Below, one piece after another: positions 8,416-18,409 of a stretch of 64,000 nt of DNA. A program made the position numbers and the translations under genes. The notes under the pieces were generated by a model, which worked only from the letters and a program-made list of their open reading frames with translations, was not told the DNA's origin and searched no databases. Source of the stretch: Candidatus Omnitrophota bacterium (GTDB taxonomy: Bacteria > Omnitrophota > Omnitrophia > Omnitrophales > JACROU01); NCBI GenBank assembly GCA_029261035.1, contig JAJDCD010000004.1, positions 68,765-132,764 on the forward strand, written 5' to 3'. Within the stretch, counting starts at the first letter, position 1, and the number at the start of each line of letters is the position of its first letter.

Positions 8416-10201
8416 CCGTGGTTGGGTTCGTTTGTAACGGAGAAATGGTTGCAGTTAATTTTTCAGAACCAGAAACAGCAGATTTTTTAACTTCCACCTT
8501 TTCTTGTTTGTTTATTTTCCATGCCCACAAAACTTCATGACCTAATTTAGCAGCAGTCCCCCCACCTGACTTTCCATGCTCAATGAAAATGACAAACGAA
8601 ACTTCTGGTTTTTGGTAAGGGAAATATCCTGAAAACCATGCATGATCTTCTCCTCGTGAGGCTTGAGCCGTACCTGTCTTCCCCGCCACCTTCATAAAGG
8701 AAACTCTTGCATACTGACCTGTTCCATAGTCTGTTTGCACACAATTATACAAACCCTGCCTTACTGATTTTAGATCGTTGAGATTAATTCCCAACTTCTT
8801 TTTGGGGTGTTTAAAAATATCTTTTGCAAAATGAGGAGAAGGTAAATGATATCCAGAGGCAATAGCACCCATCATCCTCATTACTTCCATTGGAGTCACA
8901 GACAAGAACCCTTGCCCAATGGAGTAACTGATCGTTTCTCCTAAATACCATTTCTCTTTATATATTTTCTTTTTCCAATCCTCATCAGGAATAAGCCCTT
9001 TTCTGTAAGACAATTCCAGGTTCATTTCTTCTCCTAAACCTACACGCATTGACATTTCTTTCAACTCTTCAGGTTTCAACATCCGTCCCAAATTATATAA
9101 AAAGACATTACAAGATCTCTCTATAGCTTTATAAACATTGACGGGACCATGCCCTAAATGAAACCAACATTTAAAAGGTCTTGATCTAGGATTCAATTTA
9201 AAAAAACCATTACAAAAAAAGGTGGTTTTATTATTCAACTTTCCTCTATCAAAAGCCGTCAAAATCGTCACTACTTTAAATACCGACCCTGGTGGGTATA
9301 AGGACATTAAACCTCTATCTAACATAGGCAACGTTTTGTTCTTTAAATAAGAGATTCTTTCTTTACTTCGATTTGAATCTATAAAAGCATTAGGATCGTA
9401 AGAAGGGTGACTTACCCAAGCAATCACTTCCCCACTATTGGGATCCATCATTCCAATCGTTCCTGTGCGATCCGCTAATAATACCTCCAATTTTTTCTGA
9501 AGAGCAATATCAATAGTTAAGTAAACATCTTGCCCTTTCTTTGGTTTCCTTTCTGAAATCACAGAACTCAAACGCCCTCGAGAATCAACTTCAATCTGTC
9601 GACCTCCATTTTCTCCTCTTAAAATCGAATCTAATCCTTTTTCGACACCAGACCTCCCTATTAAATCATTTCGACTGTAAACACCATGATCATCTCTATC
9701 AAGTTCTGACTGGGAAATACGGCCAACGTAACCTAAAACATGAGACGCAATAGCCCCATGAGGATAATAACGTACTGCTTGAGTTTCAATCAACACTCCT
9801 CCGAAATCAGGCTTAGACTCCTCTAGAACAAAAAGAGTTTCTTGATCGATATCTCTTTTTAGAATCGCAGGCATAAAAGGAACTCTTTTAGCCTTCTTTA
9901 TCTTAGCTCTAATGTCTTCTTCGGAAATATTTAAAATTTTTGAAAGACGAGGTAAATCTTCTTTTGAAAAATCTTGCGGCAAGATTGTTACATTGTAAGA
10001 AGCTCTATTCCCAATCAGCAACGCTCCATTAACATCATAAACGTTACCTCTTGGAGCCAGCAGCTCTATTAAACGTATTCTGTTGTTTTCACTTTGTTTA
10101 TAATAATGAGCCCCCTTAATCACCTGCACATTAAAGAGTCCACCTATTAAAATCATTAGAAGAAAACTAATTAGTATTCGAAAAGAGTAAAAACGAAGCA
10201 T
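8399..10201 (-). CDS. mrdA: Penicillin-binding protein 2 (peptidoglycan D,D-transpeptidase MrdA)
   Basis: 600 aa. N-terminal TM, PBP dimerisation domain, transpeptidase motifs SVFK, SCN and KTGTA. Located between mreD and rodA. Confidence 0.85.
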   Translation of the reverse strand: MLRFYSFRILISFLLMILIGGLFNVQVIKGAHYYKQSENNRIRLIELLAPRGNVYDVNGALLIGNRASYNVTILPQDFSKEDLPRLSKILNISEEDIRAKIKKAKRVPFMPAILKRDIDQETLFVLEESKPDFGGVLIETQAVRYYPHGAIASHVLGYVGRISQSELDRDDHGVYSRNDLIGRSGVEKGLDSILRGENGGRQIEVDSRGRLSSVISERKPKKGQDVYLTIDIALQKKLEVLLADRTGTIGMMDPNSGEVIAWVSHPSYDPNAFIDSNRSKERISYLKNKTLPMLDRGLMSLYPPGSVFKVVTILTAFDRGKLNNKTTFFCNGFFKLNPRSRPFKCWFHLGHGPVNVYKAIERSCNVFLYNLGRMLKPEELKEMSMRVGLGEEMNLELSYRKGLIPDEDWKKKIYKEKWYLGETISYSIGQGFLSVTPMEVMRMMGAIASGYHLPSPHFAKDIFKHPKKKLGINLNDLKSVRQGLYNCVQTDYGTGQYARVSFMKVAGKTGTAQASRGEDHAWFSGYFPYQKPEVSFVIFIEHGKSGGGTAAKLGHEVLWAWKINKQEKVEVKKSAVSGSEKLTATISPLQTNPTTVVHAA

Positions 10202-10229
10202 TTAGATTTCCAAACTATTTTGATTAGTT

Positions 10230-10742
10230 TCACAAGCTATAAGAGAAATCATCCACCCGGTTCGCCGCTCTCTTTTCAAGAAAAGAGACGAGAAGACCTC
10301 CTAGTAGTGCTGTATATGCAGAGCTCCAGAAAAATGACACCCAGACTTCCGAAGCAATTACTTTTTGCTCCATTAAAACAGTCTCCAAAATAAACAAAAG
10401 AGATAAATTTGCAAATGAAAATAAAAACAAAATACTCGACCTCATAAGCAAACTATGTTTTTGAAGCTTTAAACTAAGAAAAGAAATAATACAACCTATA
10501 ACAAAGTAAGATAAGGTGGCAATCCCAAAATAACCTGTAGAAAATACATCCCTCAACAAACCTAATATCAAGGAAATTTGGATAGCAGATTGTCGATCTA
10601 CACAAAAAGCCCAAAAAACAATAAGAACTAGAAACAAATCCGGACGAATCAAATTAAATTCCAGAAACCTCCCAAGAAAAACTTCGAAAAGAACTATAAG
10701 GATGAGAAGAGTTCCAGATCTTTTAACGTTTGAGCTAAACAC
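10230..10742 (-). CDS. mreD: Rod shape-determining protein MreD
   Basis: 170 aa polytopic membrane protein immediately after mreC. The 49-bp overlap with mreC suggests the true start may be internal or non-ATG. Confidence 0.6.
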   Translation of the reverse strand: MFSSNVKRSGTLLILIVLFEVFLGRFLEFNLIRPDLFLVLIVFWAFCVDRQSAIQISLILGLLRDVFSTGYFGIATLSYFVIGCIISFLSLKLQKHSLLMRSSILFLFSFANLSLLFILETVLMEQKVIASEVWVSFFWSSAYTALLGGLLVSFLEKRAANRVDDFSYSL

Positions 10743-11521
10743 AAAACCTCCTCTATATTAGAAAATTCTGTGAACGGTTTCACGACGGCAAATAAATGTA
10801 AACCATCAGACTCTTTACCTACAGAATCAACCTTACCTACAGGAATACCCTTTGGGTATATTCCTCCAATACCTGAAGAAACAATAGTATCCCCTATTTT
10901 AATGGTAGAATCTAAACTAATAAATTTCATCATTAACGTTGAAGAGCGTGTTCCGTAAATCAATCCTGTGTCTCTGGACTCCTGGCTTAAAACACTCACT
11001 CGAGAATGAATATCCGTTAACAAGATGACTTGAGCGGTATCTTGAGAGACAGAAACAACTCGTCCAACAAGCCCTTGATCACTAATCACAGCCATTTGCT
11101 TTTTTACACCTTGAGAAGAACCTTTATCAATCACGATCCCTTGATTCCAAAGAGAAATATCTCTAAAAATAATATGTGAAAGAATCACTTTGTCTGGCTT
11201 GTTTTCAACAAAAGGAATTAACTTCTCTAACCGTTCATATTTTCCATTTTGTTCTCTTAGCTGAAAAATTTCGGACTGCAATTGGTAAATCTCTTTCTGT
11301 AAGTTTTTATTCTGTTTATAAACAGTCATAAAACTTTGAGCAGACCCAATCCAGTCTATAGCTCTATCCGTAAAAAAATGAGAAGCTTGAAAAACAGGTT
11401 TGAATGTTTGGTTTGAGATAGAACGAATTGTTTCAGGAAAGGGCGTAGCCACTGAGGATAGCAACAAAGGAAAAATTGCTAAAAAAATAAGAAAAAGTAA
11501 AGCTCTAGGTCTCACCACCAC
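10694..11521 (-). CDS. mreC: Rod shape-determining protein MreC
   Basis: 275 aa. N-terminal TM, coiled coil, and the characteristic MreC beta-barrel region (GLVGRVVSVSQDTAQV, GIYPKGIPVGKV). Confidence 0.8.
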   Translation of the reverse strand: MVVRPRALLFLIFLAIFPLLLSSVATPFPETIRSISNQTFKPVFQASHFFTDRAIDWIGSAQSFMTVYKQNKNLQKEIYQLQSEIFQLREQNGKYERLEKLIPFVENKPDKVILSHIIFRDISLWNQGIVIDKGSSQGVKKQMAVISDQGLVGRVVSVSQDTAQVILLTDIHSRVSVLSQESRDTGLIYGTRSSTLMMKFISLDSTIKIGDTIVSSGIGGIYPKGIPVGKVDSVGKESDGLHLFAVVKPFTEFSNIEEVLCLAQTLKDLELFSSL

Positions 11522-11685
11522 ATCCAGTGTTCAAAAGGTTAAGGAATGTAAAACTTAAAACAAGAATTTAGACCTAAGATAACAGTACAGTTAACCAGTA
11601 AATTGCGGCTATTTTAAACAAAAAACCCTTAACCCAAAGTGCTTTTTATTAAAATAAATCTAGCTTTTAAGAGAAGTATAAAATA

Positions 11686-12744
11686 TTAAACGTTATGGTA
11701 TGTATTACTATGATTACTATTAACTGAAAGCTTTTTTAGTAAACTGATGTCACTCAAATAGCGTCCTGTCCCTAAAGCGATTGCAGTTAACGGATCATCC
11801 GCAATATGCACTGGTAATCCCGTTTCTTCCATGATCAACTTGTCTAAATTTCTCAATAACGCTCCACCACCCGCAAGAATAAGCCCACGAGACAATAAGT
11901 CGGCTGATAGCTCTGGAGGAGTTCTTTCTAAGGTAATACGAATTGCTTCTAAAATATGTGCCGTAGGCTCAGCTAATGCTTCCCTCACCTCTTCACTTGT
12001 TATAGTGATTGTTTTTGGCAACCCCGCCAAAATATCACGACCTTTCACTTCCATGGTCAATTCTTCTTCCAATGGAAATGCAGAACCGATACGAATTTTA
12101 ATGTCTTCAGCGGTTCTTTCTCCGATCAACAAGTTATAGGTTTTTTTCAAGTGTTGGATAATAGACTCATCAAATTCATCTCCACCAATACGAATACTTT
12201 TTGCATAAACAATCCCCGCAAGAGAAATAACAGCCATCTCAGTTGTTCCTCCACCAATATCAATAACCATATTTCCAGCAGGCTCTTGAATTGGAAGCCC
12301 AACACCAATTGCAGCAGCAATAGGTTCTTCAACTAAGTAAACAGGACTGCGAGCACCTGCTCTTTCAGCACTATCTTTCACAGCTCTCTTCTCTACCTCA
12401 GTAATTCCACTAGGCACAGCAATCACAACTCTAGGACTCACAAGTCTTTTATGTTGATGAACTTTTCTAATGAAATAACGGAGCATGCTTTCTGTCATAT
12501 CAAAATCTGCAATAACTCCATCTTTTAATGGTCGGATAGCAACAATGTTGCCTGGGGTTCTTCCTAACATTCTTTTTGCTTCTTCGCCAACAGCAACGAT
12601 GTTACTCGTACCTCGTTCAACGGCTACAACAGAAGGTTCGCATAGTACGACCCCTTGCCCTTTTACATAAACAAGCGTATTTGCTGTTCCTAAATCTATT
12701 CCGATATCGTTGGAGAACATCCCCATGAATTTACTGAAAACCAT
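11686..12744 (-). CDS. mreB: Rod shape-determining actin homologue MreB
   Basis: [19 protein letters not shown]... ATPase motifs of the MreB/actin fold. The start may be the internal Met at 12717. Confidence 0.9.
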   Translation of the reverse strand: MVFSKFMGMFSNDIGIDLGTANTLVYVKGQGVVLCEPSVVAVERGTSNIVAVGEEAKRMLGRTPGNIVAIRPLKDGVIADFDMTESMLRYFIRKVHQHKRLVSPRVVIAVPSGITEVEKRAVKDSAERAGARSPVYLVEEPIAAAIGVGLPIQEPAGNMVIDIGGGTTEMAVISLAGIVYAKSIRIGGDEFDESIIQHLKKTYNLLIGERTAEDIKIRIGSAFPLEEELTMEVKGRDILAGLPKTITITSEEVREALAEPTAHILEAIRITLERTPPELSADLLSRGLILAGGGALLRNLDKLIMEETGLPVHIADDPLTAIALGTGRYLSDISLLKKLSVNSNHSNTYHNV

Positions 12745-12877
12745 TTTGCTACCCTACTAGGTTAAAGGATTGAAAATTGAATATAATCTAATTGGTGTAT
12801 TTTATCTAAAAGACGCATGAAGTTCAACAGCTAATGTTAAACTCTGATTAATACTTTAAGTTGTTTTAGATTCTAGG

Positions 12878-14185
12878 TTAAGACATGGCCTCTAAATCCT
12901 CAAAAAAGCCTGGGTATGAGGTTGCCACACAATCAATATCCTCTATTTCCACCCCATCCTGACTCAAAAAGCCTGCGATAGCCATACTCATAGCAGTTCT
13001 ATGATCTCCATAGCTTTTCACCTTACCTCCGCGAATAAAAGCACGCCCATGAATAATACAACCATCTTCTTTTTCTGTAACTTCAACACCCATTGCTTTC
13101 AAATTATCACACATTGATTTGATACGATCTGTCTCTTTATTTCTTAATTCCTCAGCCCCTTTAATGACTGTTTCTCCAGAAGCCATAGCTGCTGCCACCA
13201 TTAAAATAGGTAGTTCATCAATTAATCGAGGAATCATTCTTCCCGTTATCGTCGTCCCTTTTAAGGAACTCGAAAAACACTTGATATCTCCCATGGGTTC
13301 ATAGTTAGACTCAACAAGTCGAACATCAATCTTGGCACCCATATTTTTTAATACTTCAAGAAATCCTGTACGAGTAGGGTTTAAACCAACACGTCTAACC
13401 GTAAGATAAGAATCTTCTGAAAGAAGTGCTGCTACAATAAAAAATGCGGCGGAAGAAATATCCGATGGAATTGAAAAGTCTAAACCAATTAATTTGGAAG
13501 TAGGATGCACCGTCACAGACTTGCGGCCTAATTCAAAATCAGCTCTAAAGAGTTCAAAAAGTTTTTCTGTATGATCTCTAGATTCAATCGGTTCAACAAT
13601 AGTCGTATCCCCTTTTGCTGAAAGAGCTGCAAGCATCAGTGCCGATTTAACCTGAGCACTGGAGAGTTCATTTTTAAATTCGATTCCTTTTAAAGGACCT
13701 CCCTTAATTGTCAAAGGTCCATGAGAAGCTCCATCAGGACCTTCAAAACTAGCCCCCATCTCTGTTAAAGGTTCTACAATACGCCGCATAGGTCTAGAGT
13801 TCAAAGATTCATCCCCTGATAAAGTTACTTCAAGTGGTTGAGCTGCTAAAAGTCCGGATAAAAGCCTCATTGTTGTTCCAGAGTTTCCTACATAAATTTC
13901 CTCGCTAGGCTGTTGAAAACCATCTAACCCAACCCCCCTAACTTCAACCTCATTTACACCTACTTTTATAGGAACACCTAATGCTTGTAACGCCTTAACG
14001 GTACACATACAATCTTCAGCTTCAAGAAAGTTGGTGAAATGACTAAACCCTTTAGCAAGAGCAGAAACGATTAATGCCCTGTGAGATATAGACTTATCCC
14101 CCGGAGGCGTAAAAACACCTCGAATGCCTGTCTCAATGGGTTCTATAAATTTACTTGTCGCTGTTGAATCATTCATCAGAAACAC
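12878..14185 (-). CDS. aroA: 3-phosphoshikimate 1-carboxyvinyltransferase (EPSP synthase)
   Basis: 435 aa. EPSP synthase signatures (LGNSGTTMRLL, RPMRRI, DHRTAMSMAIAG). Confidence 0.9.
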   Translation of the reverse strand: MFLMNDSTATSKFIEPIETGIRGVFTPPGDKSISHRALIVSALAKGFSHFTNFLEAEDCMCTVKALQALGVPIKVGVNEVEVRGVGLDGFQQPSEEIYVGNSGTTMRLLSGLLAAQPLEVTLSGDESLNSRPMRRIVEPLTEMGASFEGPDGASHGPLTIKGGPLKGIEFKNELSSAQVKSALMLAALSAKGDTTIVEPIESRDHTEKLFELFRADFELGRKSVTVHPTSKLIGLDFSIPSDISSAAFFIVAALLSEDSYLTVRRVGLNPTRTGFLEVLKNMGAKIDVRLVESNYEPMGDIKCFSSSLKGTTITGRMIPRLIDELPILMVAAAMASGETVIKGAEELRNKETDRIKSMCDNLKAMGVEVTEKEDGCIIHGRAFIRGGKVKSYGDHRTAMSMAIAGFLSQDGVEIEDIDCVATSYPGFFEDLEAMS

Positions 14186-14191
14186 CTTTTC

Positions 14192-14422
14192 TTAAGAACG
14201 TCTAGTGTAATACCTTAAACGTTTAAATTCTTCAAACATTTGTTCTTGGTTATCTAAAACTTGCTGCATTTTGCTATCAAGGTTCTGCATATAAGCATAT
14301 AACTCTTTTAACCCAACTTCCGACTGCTTGGAATCTTGAGCTTGAACTCCTTGTACAATAAAAATAAGCGTAAGAAAAACTAATAGGACTGGAAGTAAGA
14401 TATTAAAAAAACGATTTTTCAA
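14192..14422 (-). CDS. Small hypothetical secreted protein
   Basis: 76 aa. N-terminal signal peptide ending VQAQ, acidic/Gln-rich helical remainder. Confidence 0.4.
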   Translation of the reverse strand: MKNRFFNILLPVLLVFLTLIFIVQGVQAQDSKQSEVGLKELYAYMQNLDSKMQQVLDNQEQMFEEFKRLRYYTRRS

Positions 14423-14444
14423 AACAACACTCCTTTAATTGTTT

Positions 14445-15149
14445 TTAAACAGCAATCGTTCTAGCTAAATCACCTTCTTGAATAGAAATAGGTCCATCCT
14501 GAACCACATCACAAGATGCTAAAGAATCATAAAGTTTTGTCACACTCACAGTGGCAACACCTTGTCCTTCGTGAACAATTTGAAATTGGTCTTCAATTTG
14601 AACACCGTCTAATTTCCCAACACCCACAACCACAAAACGATATTCTTTATTCACTAAAATAACTTTACCTTCAATAGCATTGAAATTTTCTTCTTGGGTG
14701 GCTATAGGCTCAACTTCTGTCGCTGTATTAATAAAAGAAGACCCAACAGAAACAGGTCCTGCTAAAGCGGAAGTTGTTGATTCAGGATCAAACAATTGAA
14801 CTCTTGCTTCTAAATCTTTTTTAGAATTTTCAAGTAACATGATCTTGTCTTCCCACTGCTTCACTTTACTTTTCCATTCCGCCAACTGCTCCCTATTTTT
14901 AACAATCTCTTGGGTTTTCATTTCAACAGATGATTCTAATTCTAATATTTGACTTTCAAAGCCTTGCTTAGATTCTTTTAACTGCAAATCTTTTTTAGCA
15001 ATTCTTTCTTGAAGTTCTTCAACTTGGTTCTTAAAAACAACACTTGAATTTTTCTCATTCTCAAGCTGTGTATATAAGTAAACAGTTCCAACGACAGAAC
15101 TCGCTGACAATACAAACAGAAAAATAATGCTCCCGTATAACAATCTCAT
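14445..15149 (-). CDS. Membrane-anchored coiled-coil protein with C-terminal beta-rich domain (unknown function)
   Basis: 234 aa. N-terminal TM, ~100 aa of heptad-like coiled coil, C-terminal beta-domain (RFVVVGVGKLDGVQIEDQFQIVHEG...). Confidence 0.45.
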   Translation of the reverse strand: MRLLYGSIIFLFVLSASSVVGTVYLYTQLENEKNSSVVFKNQVEELQERIAKKDLQLKESKQGFESQILELESSVEMKTQEIVKNREQLAEWKSKVKQWEDKIMLLENSKKDLEARVQLFDPESTTSALAGPVSVGSSFINTATEVEPIATQEENFNAIEGKVILVNKEYRFVVVGVGKLDGVQIEDQFQIVHEGQGVATVSVTKLYDSLASCDVVQDGPISIQEGDLARTIAV

Positions 15150-15256
15150 AATAATTCTCCTCTTAACGAAGTCCGATAATGTCTAAAATTGATGATCAAG
15201 CTGTATAGTCTATCATGGCTTGAGGGCAGGATCAAGAACCCTGAAACTAGGGGGTT

Positions 15257-16474
15257 CTACCCCATCTTCTTTTTAGCAAGATAAAGGTAGGTGAGGTCTT
15301 TTGCTCCCATACTCTGAGCTTTTTTGGCCGATTTAAGGGATTTTGGGTAATCTTTCTTATAGTAGTGTATTTTGGCTAGGGTTGCGTAAAAAGACCCTTC
15401 CCAAGGCGCTATATGGATGGCCTTCTCGATTCCCTTTATGGACTTTTTAAAATCTCCTTCTACCAGATAATACTCCGCCAGCAGAGCATAAGCATGGGCC
15501 ACATCAGGATGCTTTTCTACGGCCTTTTTCATGACCGTAATAGCTTTTGGATAATTCCCCTCTCTTGCATAAGCTTGCGCCATCATCAAATAGCTTCCTA
15601 TAAAATTAGGGTCTAACTCCATCGCGGTGTCTGTAACACTATTCCAATCAGAACTCATTTTGTAATAAGAATACACAAAGGCTAAATTCGTGTAAGCCAA
15701 AGCTAATTTAGGGCTCACCTTTAACGAAGATTGAAATGCCGATTTAGCCTTTTTAATAAGTCCTTGCCCAGAATAATAACTTCCTAAAGCCAAATAGTAG
15801 CCACTAAACAAATCTTTAGGTTCCAAAGTAGCTAAGTAGGATTTCTGCTCAATCGCTTCTTTTGATAAATGAGCAACACGAATATAAAATTGATCTGGAA
15901 AAATCATTCCAAAAGCTGTTGCTTCAATATTTATTTTTACTGTCCCGTCATCATATCGAGGGAAAATATGATAAGGAGCAAACACAGGATAAATCGGCAA
16001 ATCCAAAGCTTCCGCTAGTGCCAAATAAAGCGACGTCAGTCCCAGACAATTTCCTTGTCGATTCTGAATAACAGGAACTAAAAAAGAATCTTTATAAATT
16101 TGTTCTGGAGATTCTTCCGCAAATCGAAGTAAAGAATCATAGTACCCTAAATTGTTATTCCCACCTACCTGACTTGGAACTTTAAATCCCCACTTTTCAT
16201 AAATAAATTCTTTCAGTATAGTTAACTGTTTCTTCGGCCTAGATTCTTTTTCTATTACAGGTCGTATATCTTCTACCATCTGACGGAACTGTTCTCTAAT
16301 CTGTTTTGAAGAAAATTCCTTATCCACTTCTTTGGAAAAAAGAATGGCTGTCTCCAAAACAGATAAAGACTTTGAATGGAATAAGGCCTTCTCCAAAGCA
16401 ACCGAAGCCAGAGCGATCGTATGCGACACTAACAGTATTTGTATGATTAACACGAAACGGATTAATAGTTTCAT
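15257..16474 (-). CDS. Secreted papain-like (C39/transglutaminase-like) cysteine peptidase domain + TPR repeat protein
   Basis: 405 aa. Signal peptide. Q-x5-C motif (QNRQGNCLGLTSLYLALAEA) with downstream YHIF...YDDG, giving a candidate Cys/His/Asp triad. C-terminal TPR repeats. Confidence 0.55.
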   Translation of the reverse strand: MKLLIRFVLIIQILLVSHTIALASVALEKALFHSKSLSVLETAILFSKEVDKEFSSKQIREQFRQMVEDIRPVIEKESRPKKQLTILKEFIYEKWGFKVPSQVGGNNNLGYYDSLLRFAEESPEQIYKDSFLVPVIQNRQGNCLGLTSLYLALAEALDLPIYPVFAPYHIFPRYDDGTVKINIEATAFGMIFPDQFYIRVAHLSKEAIEQKSYLATLEPKDLFSGYYLALGSYYSGQGLIKKAKSAFQSSLKVSPKLALAYTNLAFVYSYYKMSSDWNSVTDTAMELDPNFIGSYLMMAQAYAREGNYPKAITVMKKAVEKHPDVAHAYALLAEYYLVEGDFKKSIKGIEKAIHIAPWEGSFYATLAKIHYYKKDYPKSLKSAKKAQSMGAKDLTYLYLAKKKMG

Positions 16475-16481
16475 CTTTTTG

Positions 16482-18395
16482 CTATTCCTTTGATACTTGT
16501 TTTAAGTCTGCAATAAACTCAGGATCGTTCACACCAGACCTTTGCGCGGCTCTTAAGTACTTCCATGCCGTAGGATAATCTTTTTCTTGATACGCAGCCT
16601 TAGCCATTAACTTTAATACTTGTCCGTTTTTAGGCAGATATTTATAAGCAATTTTCAAATTTCTCTTTGCTTCTTCCACTCTATTTAATTCTAAAAGAAT
16701 ATTCCCTTGCAGCTCATATGCTTTAAACGAGTAAGGGTTGCGTTTAAGCACTTTTAAATTCACTTTCACAGCTTCTTTCCAACGTTTTTCTTCTATATAG
16801 AATTGAACTAACTGAAGATTCCACCCTTCTTTTTCAAAGTAAGATGCATTTTGAATTGCTTTCTTTATTTCCTGAATTGCTAAGCCTGTTTGTCCTGTCC
16901 TAAAATAAAGTATCGATTGAGCATAAGAAACATTGGGGTTATTCGGGTCGAGCTCCTTCACTTCATTTATTTGTAATTGCGCCTGAACATACTTCCCTAA
17001 CGCCATTAAGCTTTGTGCTATTCCAATCATTGACTCTGAGGAAGCGGGTGCCATAGCAATTACTTTCTGAAAATTAGCTAAGGCTCGTTCAAACTGACCT
17101 GAATTATAATAAACAAGCGAAATAAAATACGAAGTGCTCCAAAGAGAAGAATTCTCTACCTCTGCTTTTCTAAAATACTCCATTGCATTCCATAACAACG
17201 AAGGGTCTGAGTAGATCCCCAAAAATAAATAACGCAAACCATGCGCTAATAATGTTGAGGCATCCGCCACCCCTTTTTTTAATGAGATATCAAATTGCTG
17301 TTGGGCTTTTTGTCTGTACCCTCTTAAATATTGCAATGTTGCTTGATAAGCTACCCCTTCAGAATCTTCTGGCCTTAGCTCTAAAAGAGCATGAATATAG
17401 CCTTCTGCTTCTACCAGTCCCATACGAATCAATTTAACCATAATCATTTTTCTCAAAACCCCCAGGTCGTCTGGGTATAAAGCAAGAATCTTTTCTAGGT
17501 ATTGTTCACATCGACTTGTATCTCCTTCATCCCAATAAAGATTCATTAATCCATAGATCGCCACTTCATCGTTCGAATACAGTTGTTCAGCTTCTAAAAA
17601 TTGTTTACGAGCTTCTTCTTTTAGTCCTTGCTCCAAATAAACCCATCCTAAGTCTGATTTTATTTCAGGGTTATCTGGAAACATTTCAACAGCCTCTCTT
17701 AATATATCCCCAGCCACTTCCAACTGATTCTGAAAGGCCATTACCTTCGCTACCGCATTTAAAAATATAACCTTCACTTCTTTCGAGGATAAAGCTCTAA
17801 AGTAAGCTGTCGTAGTTTCATTTTCGCTCCAACTAAATTGAGTTTTAAAATAATCTAAAGAATAGGTTCGACGACGAATTCCTACATCTATCGCTTTGCT
17901 GACTCCAGAAGTTTGAATCATCACTAAAGGGTATCGTGGAGCCAAAATCAAATGGAACGGTTCTCCGGTCTCTTCAGCCAAAGCTGCCCACAACCCTGCC
18001 AAACCAAGACGTCCTGCTTTTCTATTTTTAATAACAGAATCCAAAAACAAACTTGAAAACGCTCCCCTCCCTTTATCCGAAAGCCGAAAAGGGTTTAAAT
18101 TTAAGATATTCCTCTGAGAATCATACTCCACTTTCTTTTCTGAGAAGAGAAAACGTTCCCATTCTCGCACTTGTTTATTAAAAGATGCTTTTGAAACATT
18201 AGAAGAATTCAGTTCTTCCACCCACAGAGGAATAATCTGATTAGATTGACTATTAAAATTGGGGTTATATTCTTGAGATAGATCCAATAAAACCTGCGAC
18301 AAGGTCAGTTCTAAAGAAGAATCTGCAAAAACAGAGGGAAAGGAAAGGAAAACAATCAAAAGGGTTATAAGGGTTTTTTTCATATTTATACACAA
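16482..18395 (-). CDS. Secreted TPR repeat protein with degenerate (Cys-less) papain-like domain; paralogue of the preceding gene
   Basis: 637 aa. Its N-terminal region aligns to the neighbouring gene (VIKNRKAGRLGLAGLWAALAEE vs VIQNRQGNCLGLTSLYLALAEA) but has lost the Cys/His/Asp. Long TPR array. Confidence 0.55.
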   Translation of the reverse strand: MCINMKKTLITLLIVFLSFPSVFADSSLELTLSQVLLDLSQEYNPNFNSQSNQIIPLWVEELNSSNVSKASFNKQVREWERFLFSEKKVEYDSQRNILNLNPFRLSDKGRGAFSSLFLDSVIKNRKAGRLGLAGLWAALAEETGEPFHLILAPRYPLVMIQTSGVSKAIDVGIRRRTYSLDYFKTQFSWSENETTTAYFRALSSKEVKVIFLNAVAKVMAFQNQLEVAGDILREAVEMFPDNPEIKSDLGWVYLEQGLKEEARKQFLEAEQLYSNDEVAIYGLMNLYWDEGDTSRCEQYLEKILALYPDDLGVLRKMIMVKLIRMGLVEAEGYIHALLELRPEDSEGVAYQATLQYLRGYRQKAQQQFDISLKKGVADASTLLAHGLRYLFLGIYSDPSLLWNAMEYFRKAEVENSSLWSTSYFISLVYYNSGQFERALANFQKVIAMAPASSESMIGIAQSLMALGKYVQAQLQINEVKELDPNNPNVSYAQSILYFRTGQTGLAIQEIKKAIQNASYFEKEGWNLQLVQFYIEEKRWKEAVKVNLKVLKRNPYSFKAYELQGNILLELNRVEEAKRNLKIAYKYLPKNGQVLKLMAKAAYQEKDYPTAWKYLRAAQRSGVNDPEFIADLKQVSKE

Positions 18396-18409
18396 TCTCT
18401 TTTTAATCC

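Noticed and set aside
10694-10742. 49-bp overlap of mreC and mreD as a possible frameshift or pseudogene signal.
   Set aside because: Both reading frames are intact and full length. The overlap is most simply explained by an alternative (non-ATG or later) mreD start and translational coupling.
11831-12139. Plus-strand ORFs embedded antisense in strong minus-strand genes. Examples: 11831-12139 in mreB, 49544-49813 in hppA, 21112-21444 in rpiB/glyA, 27252-27476 in purL, 59400-59639 in HD-GYP, 53458-53745 in rsmH.
   Set aside because: Each lies entirely inside a well-supported conserved gene on the opposite strand. They have low-complexity or odd composition and no RBS. These are typical antisense shadow ORFs.
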